Source: Tubulanus polymorphus (taxonomy: Eukaryota; Animalia; Nemertea). From it: DNA of 64,000 bases. The stretch is taken from positions 10,610,655 through 10,674,654 of the forward strand of contig NC_134033.1 of assembly GCF_964204645.1 (NCBI RefSeq), read 5' to 3'. Both the position numbers and the translations under genes were made by a program. The notes under the pieces are model-generated. The model saw nothing but the letters and a program-made list of their open reading frames with translations. It was not told the DNA's origin and did no database searches. Shown here in pieces: positions 50,591 to 63,240 of this stretch (position 1 is the stretch's first letter; the number at the start of each line of letters is the position of its first letter).

Positions 50591-52398
50591 TTCTCTGCTG
50601 ATTACAAGATTCTCTTAAATAAGAAGATCTTAGTTAGACTAAAAACGCGAATGGCAACCAATTGCAATATTTGAATGGTTAAGATACGTTTCTGAAGCAA
50701 CAGCAGCAGCAGCAGCAAGTTTCGGGATCTCGAAAAAGCGTTTGACACCCGATCACGAGACTGTGTAGTCTCCCCGTGTACGAATCATGGATGTTCCATT
50801 CAAATATCACCCTAAATATAACTATACAATATTGTAAATGATAGTAAACTATGTTTTGGAATATTGCTAACTTTTTGTTTAGGTGTACATGTTAGGTTTT
50901 CATCTACGCTACAAAGGCGAACGGAGCAGTTCTATTGTTCGGTAGTAACGGCGCAAAAAACAACCCGTAATCGTTCATTTGTTCTTAATTACAACGGCAA
51001 TAATTAGGGTCGTTAATCTACGGGAGTAATTATTTACAATTATTGTACCGATGATTATTGTCTAGGTCAAAAACGGAATATAGAAAAAAAATCGTCGGCA
51101 GATTTTTGAGAGAGACTGCGCGTTATCGTATACAACGTCGAATCTATATACTTTTAATAATAATAATAATGATTATCATCATAATAATGATAATGATAGA
51201 CCCCGATAATATAGATATCTATCTTCATCGCAGTCGTGTTTAATTGATGGTTTTATAGCGAGTATTTATCGAGAGATTATACACGGATAGAGTTGAGAGT
51301 TTATGTACGCGGGTCTCCAGGCTGTTTCGGGGTGCTTCAGGGGTCCATCTTCGGCCCATCGGTAATATGTTGTTGTCTAGGCTTGATGAAACTAATTAAG
51401 TTATTTTCTCATATCTCAACCCTCTGATTGTGTCAGTAAGGCAGTTATCAGCAGGTTGAGAGTCACTCAGGGTATTATTTTTTTCACTCGGGTTTCTAGC
51501 AGGTTCTAGGCTCCCGTGAATTAGAGACCTGAGAACAACTTCATCTTCCTTTTTTTGAGATCCTCCATTGCATCGGCGCCAATCACCCAACGGGGTCACA
51601 TCGCTAGTCTTATTTTGATCTAGATTTTTGGTTTTCACCATTTTAGGAATTTTTTTCTGGTTTATCAGCGAACCTGGAAACTACGTACACTTCGTTGAGG
51701 TTTTCAGCGGAAGCTTCCGGTTTGGTGTTCAGAGCACCGGCGAAACCCAGTTCGAATCATACTTAAAAAAAACATCCCAGAAAGCCGCGTTGCTGAAATT
51801 CTTGTGGAGTCGACCGCATTAAAAACTCTTATGAAACCTGAACTGGGATTGGTACAGAAAAAAATCACATTTCGATCGTAGAATCTTTTTGTTTTTGTTT
51901 TTTTTCATTGTTTAGAATTTGTAGAATTTCCGGGTATTTGAAATTAGCAGCTATAGGATTAATATTTTACTCCAAGGAATTACGCAACAGATATAAGTGT
52001 GGTTGAATATTGTACTCTGTGGATTATCGGCTAAATAACTCAAGAATTTACCGGGCTTGTCCAACAACAGAACTATTGCGTCCTTGTCTCTGGGGAGAGA
52101 GTCAGGTGTAACGGGAGATAGAGGTATCTTCATAACACTGTAACCCAGGATTAAAATTACTCGCGGTACAGTATCTATCTTACTCCCGGTGTAGGTTTCG
52201 TATGGAAATGTCATGTGAAAATCTTCGGGGAGTTTCACGTTCCTAAGACTCATATTCTCTGGATGTCACTGACATCCAGCATGCGCTTCTTTATCGGGAG
52301 CGTCTCTGTAGCAGTGAAAGGGTTCCTAGAGTCAATTCCAACATAGCGAGACCATAATGATTCTAGTTCTATTGAAGACTTTCAATTTGCCTAATTCT

Positions 52399-52542
52399 CA
52401 GGGGCCGGTTGCGTGGTCATGGCTTAGACTTAAGACCAATCTAATGCCAACTTAGTTCTATAGTCAATCTAACAACTTAAAACCAGTCTTAAGATTTAGG
52501 ACTACCTGTGGACTCAAGTCACGAATGTGCAACTGGGCCCAG
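52399..52542. mobile_element. Short complete family A MITE with CAG target-site duplication
   Basis: CAG|GGGCCGGTTGC ... GCAACTGGGCC|CAG. The 3-bp CWG duplication and GGGCC ends are consistent with PIF/Harbinger. Confidence 0.75.
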
Positions 52543-54180
52543 GTATATGCATGATCAACTCCTGTAAGCTAGACAGAGACGAGTCCCTGCCAATGGACTC
52601 GGGGATGCTATCATTGCAGAGTCCATGCACATCTATTGTTTCCCCAAGCCAAGAGACAGGGCCAGTTGCACAGTCTTGGCTTAGATTCATCAGTCTAAGC
52701 GCTAGCCCATCTTACGTAGTTCCATAGCGAATCTAGAACTGCAGGCCTACTGGGCCGTAGTTTGACCTATAGCCTATAGATGTCTCTGTTACACGTTTGT
52801 TTACTCCACTTTCTGCAAATCAGTTTAGCATCAAAGGATCGCGGAGAATAATAAAATAATTGGGTCACGAGTCATCGCGACACAGACCACAAAATACATC
52901 ATATATACATAATCAACTAGAGAACAATTATACACATCAGCGCTGACTATTAACTAAATGACGGCTGGATTGTTGGAAAGAGAGTACTCAGTCAGGGACA
53001 TATTTTACTACCGATGTGTCATTAAAAATATGACGTTAATTTAGTGGCGATTATATTCCTATATAACGGTCGCTAATTATTATCAGTTGATGTGAACAGA
53101 TTTCTCATTTCTGTCGACCTCGGATGATATTATTAGACCGAGTGCGCTAGTAGTATATGTAGAGAGAGAACAAGAGCTGACAGACAACAAAGCGTGCGCG
53201 CGGTTAGAAATCAAAATGTGTACATTTACAGTTTAGACGTTGTCATCAAAAGCGTCATTCGTCAACAATGGAAACGGTTTATTTATTTGAATAGTTGTGT
53301 GTATATACTAAAAACACATAATTGAATTAATCAACAATTCAGGAAATGCAGCACCCAGTTCCACAGCGAACTGGATAACTGTGGAACTGCGGCTGGGTTA
53401 AGAACTGTGGATCTGGATCCCAGTAGTAAATTGTTCTGCAAATACGCTATTTTGCATAACATCCGCGCTAAGGCAAAGTTGGAAACATTGCGCGATAGTC
53501 TCGTGCAAAAAGTGAGATGTTAATGGTTGCCACAGCTTAGGTTCGAATCCCATTAAAATGATTTGTAAAACTACATTACGAAATGGAAAGGAAATAATGG
53601 CGACCTGTTTTTGAAACATCGATGCAAAACACATTTTCGTTTTCATTCACTTTTTGCAAAGAAAAAACGACGAAAAAAAGATAAACGGTGCTCTCGCTTC
53701 TATAAATCATTAAACACCGATCTATCTAATTTACCCCGTGTTGGCTTCGACTCGTAAAGATAATCATAGCCACTAAAAATTACGCCCGCTTCCAGTCCCC
53801 GATTTAGAAATAATTATTGCTATTTATTTTGACGATAATTTATGCCAGCACGGGGGTATTTTACGTTATGTAACTGTCGTAACGACTTTTTATCTCGGGG
53901 TTCAGTGAATAAAAAGATATGAAATATATACCGTATTTTTACGCGAATTTGGAGGCGTATCCATGACTGTAACGGTTTTGATTGTTATCGACGTTGTTTT
54001 GAATTGGTAGAATTGACGTCATAATTGTAAAATCGGCCGAAAATAACCGGGTTGCTCGATCAACGAGGCCTGGTACATCCACTGAATTAAAAAAAAAAAC
54101 AATTTGTACCTAATGATGCGGTGAGAGAGCTTAAGTGGCCAAGTGGCCTAGCTTAAAGACAGCCGGAGGTTTAATTGATA

Positions 54181-54399
54181 AGAGTTAACCAGTGTATAGT
54201 AGACGTAGTGACAATTAAAAGTTCATTTTGATACTTTGGTATCTATCCGTCGGTTATCTTAAACCAACTCCTGGGGGGCTCCTAATAGAGATCAGAAACG
54301 GAAGTGGATAGTTGACACAGTGACAATTAAAAGTTCATTGTTACTTTGGTTTTTATCCGTCGGTTATCTTTAACTTACTTATAAGGAGAATTGGCCCAG
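54181..54399 (+). mobile_element. Two tandem internal fragments of MITE family C
   Basis: AGTGACAATTAAAAGTTCATT...ATCCGTCGGTTATCTT occurs twice and matches 16040-16125. Confidence 0.7.
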
Positions 54400-55074
54400 A
54401 AAGGCGGCCAACCGGCCGGTAGATAGGCGGCCACCCGGGTCAACTTTTCAGCTCAGCAGAAATGAGAAACAAATCAAATTTATTGCTTAATTTCTTCATT
54501 ATTTTTCAAAACACTGCATTCAAAGTTAGGATTTTACTGTGAGTTATACCGATTGAAAATGAACTTCGAAACACAGCGATTTAACTCTTACTCGCAATGT
54601 TATGAAACCTAGATCCGAGTCCTCAACTAATAACTCATCAGCTAACCCGGATGACATCGTACTAAAATTATAGATCGAAAAATATGGAGTAAAAAAGAGA
54701 GCCACAGAACTGACGGGGTACTCGTGATGCCCGGAGTAGAGACGACGGGGCGATGCGGGCATCTGAATGCGTGTCTGATAGAATATGATTACTACAATAA
54801 AAAGTAGGTTTAGACGCCATCGTTGATAGTGTTGTATTCCAGCAATGGTGTGAATATATAATATATAATATACTAGTTATTTCTCGCTATTTTCCTGACT
54901 TTCGACTTATTTGTCTACGGATATTTACTGTTAGTTTGCCCAAACCGCCATCACAACGCAAACTGCACTTAATTTATTTGACATATACTTAATCTAGTAT
55001 TTAATCATTCACTGTACATTGATTCACACCTGCAAGTGGGTAGTTATTGTATTCTGAATCAGGTTTATTTTGGT

Positions 55075-55735
55075 TCTATTCCGGGTTCCACATTGGGTGG
55101 GTTTAATTTGACTCAGGACCCAGTGGTTCCGCAATTGTGTGGGTTTAATGTGACTCTGGATCTAGTTCCGTAGTTGTGTGGGTTTATTTTCACTCTAGAT
55201 CAGTTCCACAGTTGTGTTGGTTTAATTTGTCTCTGGATCAGTTCTACAGTCGTCTGGGTTCGATTTTTCTATCCAGTTCCACAGTTGCGTGGGTTTAATT
55301 CGACTCTGAATCCAGGTCCACAGTTCTGTGTGCTTAATTTGACTCTTTGGATCTAGTTCCGCAGTGGTTGTGTAAGTTTATTTTGACTCTGGGTTAGTTC
55401 CACAGTTCAGTAGGTTTAATTTGAATCTGGATCCAGTTCCACAGTTGTGTGTGCTTAATTTGACTCTGGATCTAGTTCCACAGTTCAGTAGGTTTAATTT
55501 GAATCTGGATCCAGTTCCACAGTGGTCTGGGTTTAATCTTTTCTACCCAGTTCCACAGTTGCGTGGATTCCATTCGACTCTCAATCCGGTTCCACAGTTG
55601 TGTGGGCTTAATTTCACTTTGGACTCAGTTCCGCAGTCTTATGTGTTTGATTTGACACAGTTCCACAGTGGTGAGGGTTTAATTTTATTCCGGATCCAGT
55701 TCCGCGGTGTTGTGAGAGTTCATTGTGACTCTGGG
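55075..55735. repeat. About 39-bp minisatellite, about 17 degenerate copies
   Basis: Unit CCAGTTCCACAGTTGTGTGGGTTTAATTTGACTCTGGAT. Confidence 0.95.
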
Positions 55736-58328
55736 ACCAATGTTTATTTGTTTCTTATTTATAACTTTTCACTGAAATATCCAATGCCGAACTTATTTCT
55801 AGCAAAAAAACAGTGATCTAATACATGTATACCAATTTGACCGTATGCAAACTCTAGTCATACAATATGTCAATATGTTTACGAGCAACATTTCGGCTGT
55901 AGACTAAATCCTGACGTTCTCCTGCCTAAAAATTAAACGCCTTGATATTGCATGATGATGGCTATTCGATTATTACCGAAACATTTCTCGAAATATTTTC
56001 TGACTTACTCGAGAACTTTACATCTTTGTGGCTGAAATATTGTGGGATTTATCTCGTCAAGTTTGTGTTCATAGTTAGAAACATTTTATTTTTTTTTTTA
56101 AATATTCATTGCTCCACGTATGCATATATAATGAGCACAGATAATAATTTCTATAATTACAGTATAGCACACAGTACAGTGTACAGAAGCAGAAAAACAA
56201 AACAGCTTTAAAGTTATTACATTTTCATACGAGATTTGCATGCTGAATAAACAAAGACACTTTAAAGATGAGTTTTTCTAGTAAATATAGTTTGCATCGC
56301 ATACACGCTTGGTCTTTGTATATAAAAAAACTGACAGGTTACGTTGTCTCAAATCTTTAAAGGCATCACACTAAAAAATAGAATGAAATTCATCGTCGAT
56401 GCGATTACCTTTAGACCATATAAGTGCATGTATATCTCAGTTTTACTATTTTGAGTCATGCACTCGTCATTGCTGTGACGTGCGGCAGGTTTAAACCCGT
56501 TTCTGCTCGCCCCCAAGATGACAATTCATTATATTATCAAATCTACACGATACAAGTGACACAATAGATGTTTTGTTATTCAAAGTAAGTACCGCGTAGC
56601 AGCAGCAGTAGCTGCAGCGGCGGCAGCAATCGGATCGGAGTCAGTCGGCACCGTCCTGAATCTAATCGAAGGATAAAGTATCCGTCGAAACTTAAACCGC
56701 AGACGATCGCGAGCAGATCACGAAAACAAACGATTTAATTTTTTAGTTGCGACAGGCTGCGGTCGCGGTTTAAGCCCGCGTCGTGCGGTCGCATCGCGCT
56801 CGAGTAGTAAACACTGCCGTGGTAAAACCCCCGGCGGTGACAACTAGACGTTGAAATGATACTCGAATTATCCCCGGTAACAATAAGCGATCATTAAGCC
56901 GTATTAGTAAAGCCAGGAGTATGTTTAGTCATAGAGTCATTTAATTTATTCGTAGAGCAGCTTATGCTGTGTATATTATGCAGACGATTATAAAGGATTG
57001 AGGACCTGTACACAGTCAACAGAATCAAACTCAATTACCAGGGTACACCCCCTTCCTTTTCGTCCTTCATTTGATTTGCTTGGGCCTCGGGACACATACA
57101 TTCATATATATATACAATCTGCGGTTACGGATACTCTCATTTTAAGGACAAGTGGAGAACCAATTCAATTCAATTCTCACTCAGTTTCATACCTGAATGT
57201 GGTATTCAATAGTAATAGCTTAATTCCACAATAGATTAACACACGTCATAAAGAGATAAACATCAATATAAACAAGTGTCTACAGGGTGAGAGTCCATAT
57301 GTCTATTACAGTTTTTGATATGAAAAAAAAAATTTTTGTTGTTTTAAAATGTGTATATAAAGGGTTTTAATCTTATCTATTCCCCACTTGTGCCAAGTGC
57401 CGAATATCATTAGTTTTTGATTTAAAAAATAAATTTTGTTTTTCTTTCTTTAATGTTCTAAAATGTGTATGGGTTTTAATCTTATATCCCAACGCTCGAA
57501 TGTGCCGAATATTGTGACCGCTAGCAAACTTAATTGCTCCTTAAATACAGTAAATCGAAGAAAAAAAAACGACGTTGGAATAATGGCTTTCGCTTACAAC
57601 CTCTTCAATAATATGTTAATTGAAGTTATTTTCACGGAAATCCATATAACGTCTTTAAGGACGTATGGAGAACCACCTTTTCCAAGTTTCGATTCCAAAA
57701 TATTTTTGTCGGTAAAAATCTCGTCGTCGTTTGACTTAAGATCTTTAGTCGAATGACTCAATAACTAATGGCGAATATTATGATTACAAATCGCGTGATA
57801 AGTGAAAAGCGGCAAAACATATTTTTTAGATGATGAGTCTCTGCGAGTTGAGGCAGTCGCCTTCCGATCATCCGCCAGTCACCTGCGACCCCGGCGTCAT
57901 TTATCCACACGAATCGCCGGGAACCGTTTTTATTATTATGTATTATGAATATTTAACACCCGACCCGTGCGGCGGCGATTGTTGCGTAACCGCGGCCAGG
58001 ACGATACGTGAAGTAAATGAGTTGGAAATCGTTGCCCAGCCGTCAACGTGACTTATGACCAATTGAAACGAGCTTTATAATAATAATTGATAAATCTAGC
58101 GTTCTGAGAGCGGACTTAAGCCGGCCACAATACACCGGAAAACGCGATTCGGATACGGCATTGTGGAGCGGTCAGCGGGGTCATTATTGACCAGTGGATT
58201 GGTCATTATTCAAGGGCCAAAGTTGCACGATATTAATCACCGAACGGTCCTAGTTCTTAATGTCTTGTCCGAAATTTATATCCCTTACGTGGATTGTCAC
58301 CGCAAAACGATCAATCGTAGTTAATGAT

Positions 58329-58331
<3 letters not shown>

Positions 58332-58364
<33 letters not shown>
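58332..58364. repeat. (GA)n microsatellite
   Basis: Perfect GA run. Confidence 0.99.
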
Positions 58365-58366
<2 letters not shown>

Positions 58367-59391
58367 TTATTGATTATAGAGAGGAGAGGTTGCCACCTTC
58401 ACAGCAGCAGCGATCAGGACCAGGCTCTCAATAACCCTCTATCCCTCTTAAAGGGCTGGGTGGGCTGTCATATTCCCCTCTTCGCTGGAAAGGAGGGTCC
58501 CCTCCCGCCGGAGATTCATCTATGTTGGCTTTATTTTGATTCACATGGGAGCAGCACTGCACGGTTCCTTACAAAATCTTAAATGATTTTTTTTTCGCTT
58601 TATTTTCAGATATAATTTGCAGCATAGTGTAAAAAAGCATAATACAAAATACAGTTAATTAGACTTGGGGTCGGTTGAAACTAATTTGTAGTTTATATAA
58701 AACAGGTCCCTCAAAAGAGAGAAGCGAAGAAGAAAAAAGAGAAAAGTAATAGATGTTTCCTTTTAATCCACATGGGGGCAGCACTACACAGCTCCTTAAA
58801 TAATGTCGGCTTCCGGTAAATCCGCATGGGGCCTGACGAATCGTAAATAATGACGGCTATCTTAAAATCCGCATGGGGGCAGCACCGCACGGTCCACTCG
58901 GAAATCGGAAATATCTTAATATACACGGATTCGAACCCGATCGTTAGAGACAATGAAACGGTTACATACGCGGATAAATAAATTAATTAACGTAGATCGT
59001 CGTCGCGGTAAACAACACGTGTTACTGCCGGTAATCCGATGGGAAAACTCTGCGTGTGTTTCCTCTATCGTCTAACAGCGTATGCCTGCGTTAATAATGC
59101 CCAACAGGCTCCAGAACTCGCTTTCAATGCACACCTGCACAACATTCATTGTCATTCGCTATCAATATTTCATAATTTCGACCATTGTCCGAACTATGGA
59201 CATGGCATCGATTTGCAGTATCCTATAGGGATAGCGTCGTTCATTCTATTGTATATAGTATCGTCTTAGTGGTGGTAGTTATAGATTTTACCCGTTCTCA
59301 GCTGTATATATCATTGTTCCGATTCTATTGTTCTCTCTCGGTGTCATATATGATTTAGAATAATCGTTTGTGAGAAAAACACAGCCCCTGT

Positions 59392-59600
59392 GCGGGGGTC
59401 AGATACCCAACAACAGAGAACCGCCACGCGGGGACCAGATACCCAACTACAGAGCACTGCCGCGCGGGGACCAGATACCCAACTACAGAGCACCGCCACG
59501 CGGGGATCAGATACCCAACTACAGAGCACCGCCGCGCGGGGACCAGATACCCAACTACAGAGCACCGCCGCGCGGTGGTCAGATACCCGCCCACCAGAGC
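59392..59600. repeat. 36-bp GC-rich minisatellite, about 5.7 copies
   Basis: AGATACCC recurs at 59401, 59437, 59473, 59509, 59545 and 59581. Confidence 0.97.
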
Positions 59601-60272
59601 CTTGTGGTGGTCCAGCTCAAACCTTGTCCCATTTACCGTTGATAAAACCAAGACGACCAAAAACCTACATATTTATAGAGATGAAAATAAAAGTCTTATG
59701 AAGCACAATTCTGTTGTTGATGGGTGCAAAACGTATTCGAGAATATTTTTTTCATCGCTCATCGACGTCGAAGAACGTAATTACTTCTTTTTTTTAATGT
59801 ATACCGCGAGCTTCAAAAGAACTGTGTCGTCGTCACATCCCGCGGAGAGGCCGGGTAACGTTGAAAGCCTAATTACCTGTCGGTAATAACAGGGTAGGGT
59901 ACAGGTGTCATAGAACGGGTTGACCTAGATTCCGGCGCAGTCAGTCGCCCCGGGGAGTCGCGGCAGAGCGCCCATCAGACCATCCTGAATTACACCGGCG
60001 ACAACAAGATGGTTTCTTTACACGCCTGAATAGCGCTTAATTGTGCCTCGTTCGACGATAATTATCAGTAGTCGGTTCCCAACGGACGATTAGTGCGACA
60101 ACGACCGACCGGCTACGATTCTCCAAAGCACCGGTTATCATCGCAGGCATACATTATCATTATCTTGCACGGAGATATAGAAAACGTATTATTTATCATT
60201 AAAACAAGGATTATCGGACCGAGAGGAGAGAATTTCTATAATAAGAGCATCTAGAACGAAATTTGATAAATA

Positions 60273-60493
60273 CAGTCAAAGTTCGTTATAACGCTGTCAT
60301 CCTCTTTAATGACGTTGCTCACTTTAAGCATGGATTCCTAAACGAAAGTCCATGCTTTAATAAAGCAAACATTTTTCAGAGATCAGAACTTACTCAAATT
60401 CAATAAAAATGCCTTTCTTTATAACGTCAATTTCGTTATAACGCCATGTTTTTTAATTGGTCCCATCACTGGCATTATAAGTGTTCATTACTG
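60273..60493. mobile_element. Degenerate pogo/Tigger-like MITE
   Basis: TA|CAGTCAAAGTTCGTTATAACG start, an internal repeat of TTCGTTATAACG, and a degenerate ...TTACTG end. Confidence 0.45.
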
Positions 60494-60680
60494 TGCGTGC
60501 AAATCCCCATCGTCTAACAATGTGGAGCAACGATTCGACATGCCCTTCACTCTATATTTATTTCACATATGATTTTTAGGCCGAAGCCGTAGTAACCCAT
60601 CCGAAATACTTCTAATCATTTCTCGATAAACTTTTTGTTAATCTATTGTTGGATTTTCCTAGTTTAGTTGCTGCAACATA

Positions 60681-61069
60681 CAGTAAACCTTGCATAAGTC
60701 GTATTATTTGGGACCAGCAAAAAATATCCGAATTAAAAAAAACCGACTATGGGCAAATGGGGTTTTTCACTTTTTTAGTAAAAAATCATATATGGCCATA
60801 GAAAAACGTCACTGAATGGAATAAAAATAAAACTTGAAAATGAATGAAAGTCACGTGTTTATTTATTTACTATTTCAACATAATATCCTGGTTATGATGA
60901 AGCCTATTTTTAACATCTGAAAGAAAAGTGTAATTTTATACATGATTAATAAATGATCAGACTTTGAGACATTTACTTGAAAATAAGAAGAAAAAAGCGG
61001 GACCTCTGAATTTATACGACTTGTCAGTTTATCCGACGTTTTGCGGATCCGACCTATGCAAGGTTTATG
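60681..61069. mobile_element. pogo/Tigger-like (Tc1/mariner superfamily) MITE with TA TSD
   Basis: TA|CAGTAAACCTTGCATAAGTCG ... CGACCTATGCAAGGTTTATG|TA: about 21-bp TIR with one mismatch and one indel. Confidence 0.75.
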
Positions 61070-61649
61070 TAATGTGTGAACTGATCTAGACTGATAGTGA
61101 AATCTCAGATTAAACAGTGAAAAACCCACAGTTCATATTGAAAAGATCATTTTCTAACAGTCTCGGGGTTTTCAGAGAAACCAATATGATATGATAATGC
61201 ATTACAGCGATTTAAAACTAATGTTACCGAGGAAAGATGGGGACAGGAGCTAAGAAACAATCGATAAGACAATATCAACTGTGGATTTTCCACGTTTTGT
61301 TGCGGCAACTCGGTTAGCTGAATCTGTGTTTATAACATGGATAGGGAGTTCGATTGCAAGTTAAGCCAACTTCAGAATTCTATGGTTAACACCAGTAAGA
61401 GCTCGGCTCAGAGCCGGAGACGTGCGGTTTTTTTGACCTGGTTCAATCAGATATGGAAGACAAGCCCTGGGCCTAGTTCCAACTTTCCAGCTGAATTTCA
61501 GATAAATTCACAATACATTGTTACCGGTTTTTATTGCAGTTCTAGCCAAAATCACGTGTAAAATTCACTCTATAAATGGCTCTATAATCCTATTCAAAGA
61601 AAATGTTTTTATTCTAACGTTGTATCTTTGGGCAGTAAATGACAGATAA

Positions 61650-61892
61650 TTAACTGTTAGTTAACTAGATTTTATTACATTTTTTGCTTCTAGTGCAATG
61701 TAGTTTCATCAGATACACGAATGAGTAAAGTACTGTGTCAGTGAACTAGATTTCATGAGAGATTATATTTTTCGCTACTAGTGCAGTGTTGCTAGGACAT
61801 GAGTTAAGTACTGTATAAGTTAACTAGATTTTATAAGAAATCACGAGCTTTCGATACTAGTGCAACGAGTAGCTTCATCGGGTACATGAGTG
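61650..61892. repeat. About 80-bp tandem repeat, 3 degenerate copies
   Basis: AACTAGATTT at 61663, 61744 and 61822, each followed by CTAGTGCA. Confidence 0.85.
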
Positions 61893-62799
61893 AATCTTGG
61901 ACCATTATATACATGTAAACACTGTTGGTGTTAATCAGAAGATAGATATATCGCAGGTATGTTTTTTTTTGAGTGAATGCGCGAGAAGCGTTACCGTCTA
62001 ATTTCACGTTACAATAAGTATCACCAGACGGTACAGGAAGTATCCTTGAATCAATCAAAATGGCGGCGGCGCTGGATGAACAAAAATCATCGAGCTCGAT
62101 TTTCCGGGCATGTGCGTCTATTGTAAATGGAGACGCGCGCAAGTGGCCGCAAAAACCATTGAATAACTCCGTAGCGTCATTTAAAAAGTGATTCTAATGC
62201 TTTAATGACATTGAAGTTTCTTTTTGTGGGTGATAGAAAAAAGTTTTAGAAATGATAGAATAATACGTTTGGCGTGTTCAAGTTTAACAACAGTTAAAAC
62301 TGTTTATTATTCAGTTAGGTCACTAAGGGCGACGGTTAACAATACACGCCGGTATTTTAAACTTTTGAAAATTAATGTTTTCCCTAATTTTCTCTCAATT
62401 TTATCGAGGTTGGAATGACTTCATTCGCCGCACAAAGGGACATACGTTACTTGTGTACATATCTGAATAGGAATAGGTACTATATAGTTGTGTATGTCTT
62501 TTAGCCACGTGGACACAAAAAAAAATCATTTTGTCCCTTTGACAAACAACTCAAGCTCCACACACACACAAAACCACAAAGCAATATTCCACAGTCTATC
62601 ATTGCATTTGTAACAAAAACCTTTGTAAAAGCTGTATTTGTAATTATTTAAGGCGAATAATGCTGAGTATGTTCGAAATTGTTTGAAAGTGTGTTTAAAA
62701 GTAAAATGGCGTCGGGGTGGTCCTTGCACGGGTCTATATGTTCGAAAAGATTTCGCTGCAAAAATACGGAGTTTAACTAAAATATGGTTCAATATCGGT

Positions 62800-63240
62800 G
62801 GCAATCAACAACCAGCTCGATCGTAACCCAAAACCTAGCAAGCTTCGAACCATGGCGACAACCAGCGTGCCAGCTAAGCATGTTTACCACTAGACTATAA
62901 AGCATGGGACTGATCGTGTTAAGTTTGTCTGGTCAGTATGGTTACTGCCGTCACCAGTCAGGTATGGAGACTGGTGTCCAGTCAGGTTGAGCGACTGGTG
63001 ACCAGTGAGGTTTAGTCAGGTGTGGTGCCTGGTGACCAGTCTGGTGACTGATGGCCAGTTGGGTGGGGTGACTGGTGACTAGTCTGGTGTGGAAACTGGT
63101 GACTAGTCTGGTGACTAATGGCCAGTCAGATGTGGTGACCGGTACCAATCAGGCCGTGGAGACTGGTGACTAGTCTGGTGTGGTGACTGGTGACTTGTCT
63201 GGTGTGGTGACTCTACTAAAACCATACCCGCCATCATAAT
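62800..63240 (-). mobile_element. Repeat with internal tRNA-like module, copy 3, carrying an expanded 24-bp array (62951-63212)
   Basis: Minus-strand TAGTCTAGTGG (A box) and GGTTCGAAGCT (B box). Array unit CCAGTCAGGTGTGGTGACTGGTGA, about 11 copies. Confidence 0.7.

Noticed and set aside
51951-52253. 100-aa ATG-initiated ORF
   Set aside because: No recognisable domain or splice context; the sequence is better explained as a motif cluster.
58765-58900. REST/RE1 sites (CAGCACC...CGG) or CRISPR-like repeat-spacer array
   Set aside because: The right half GGACAG is missing and the spacing is wrong. Copies are too few, degenerate and irregularly spaced for a repeat-spacer array.
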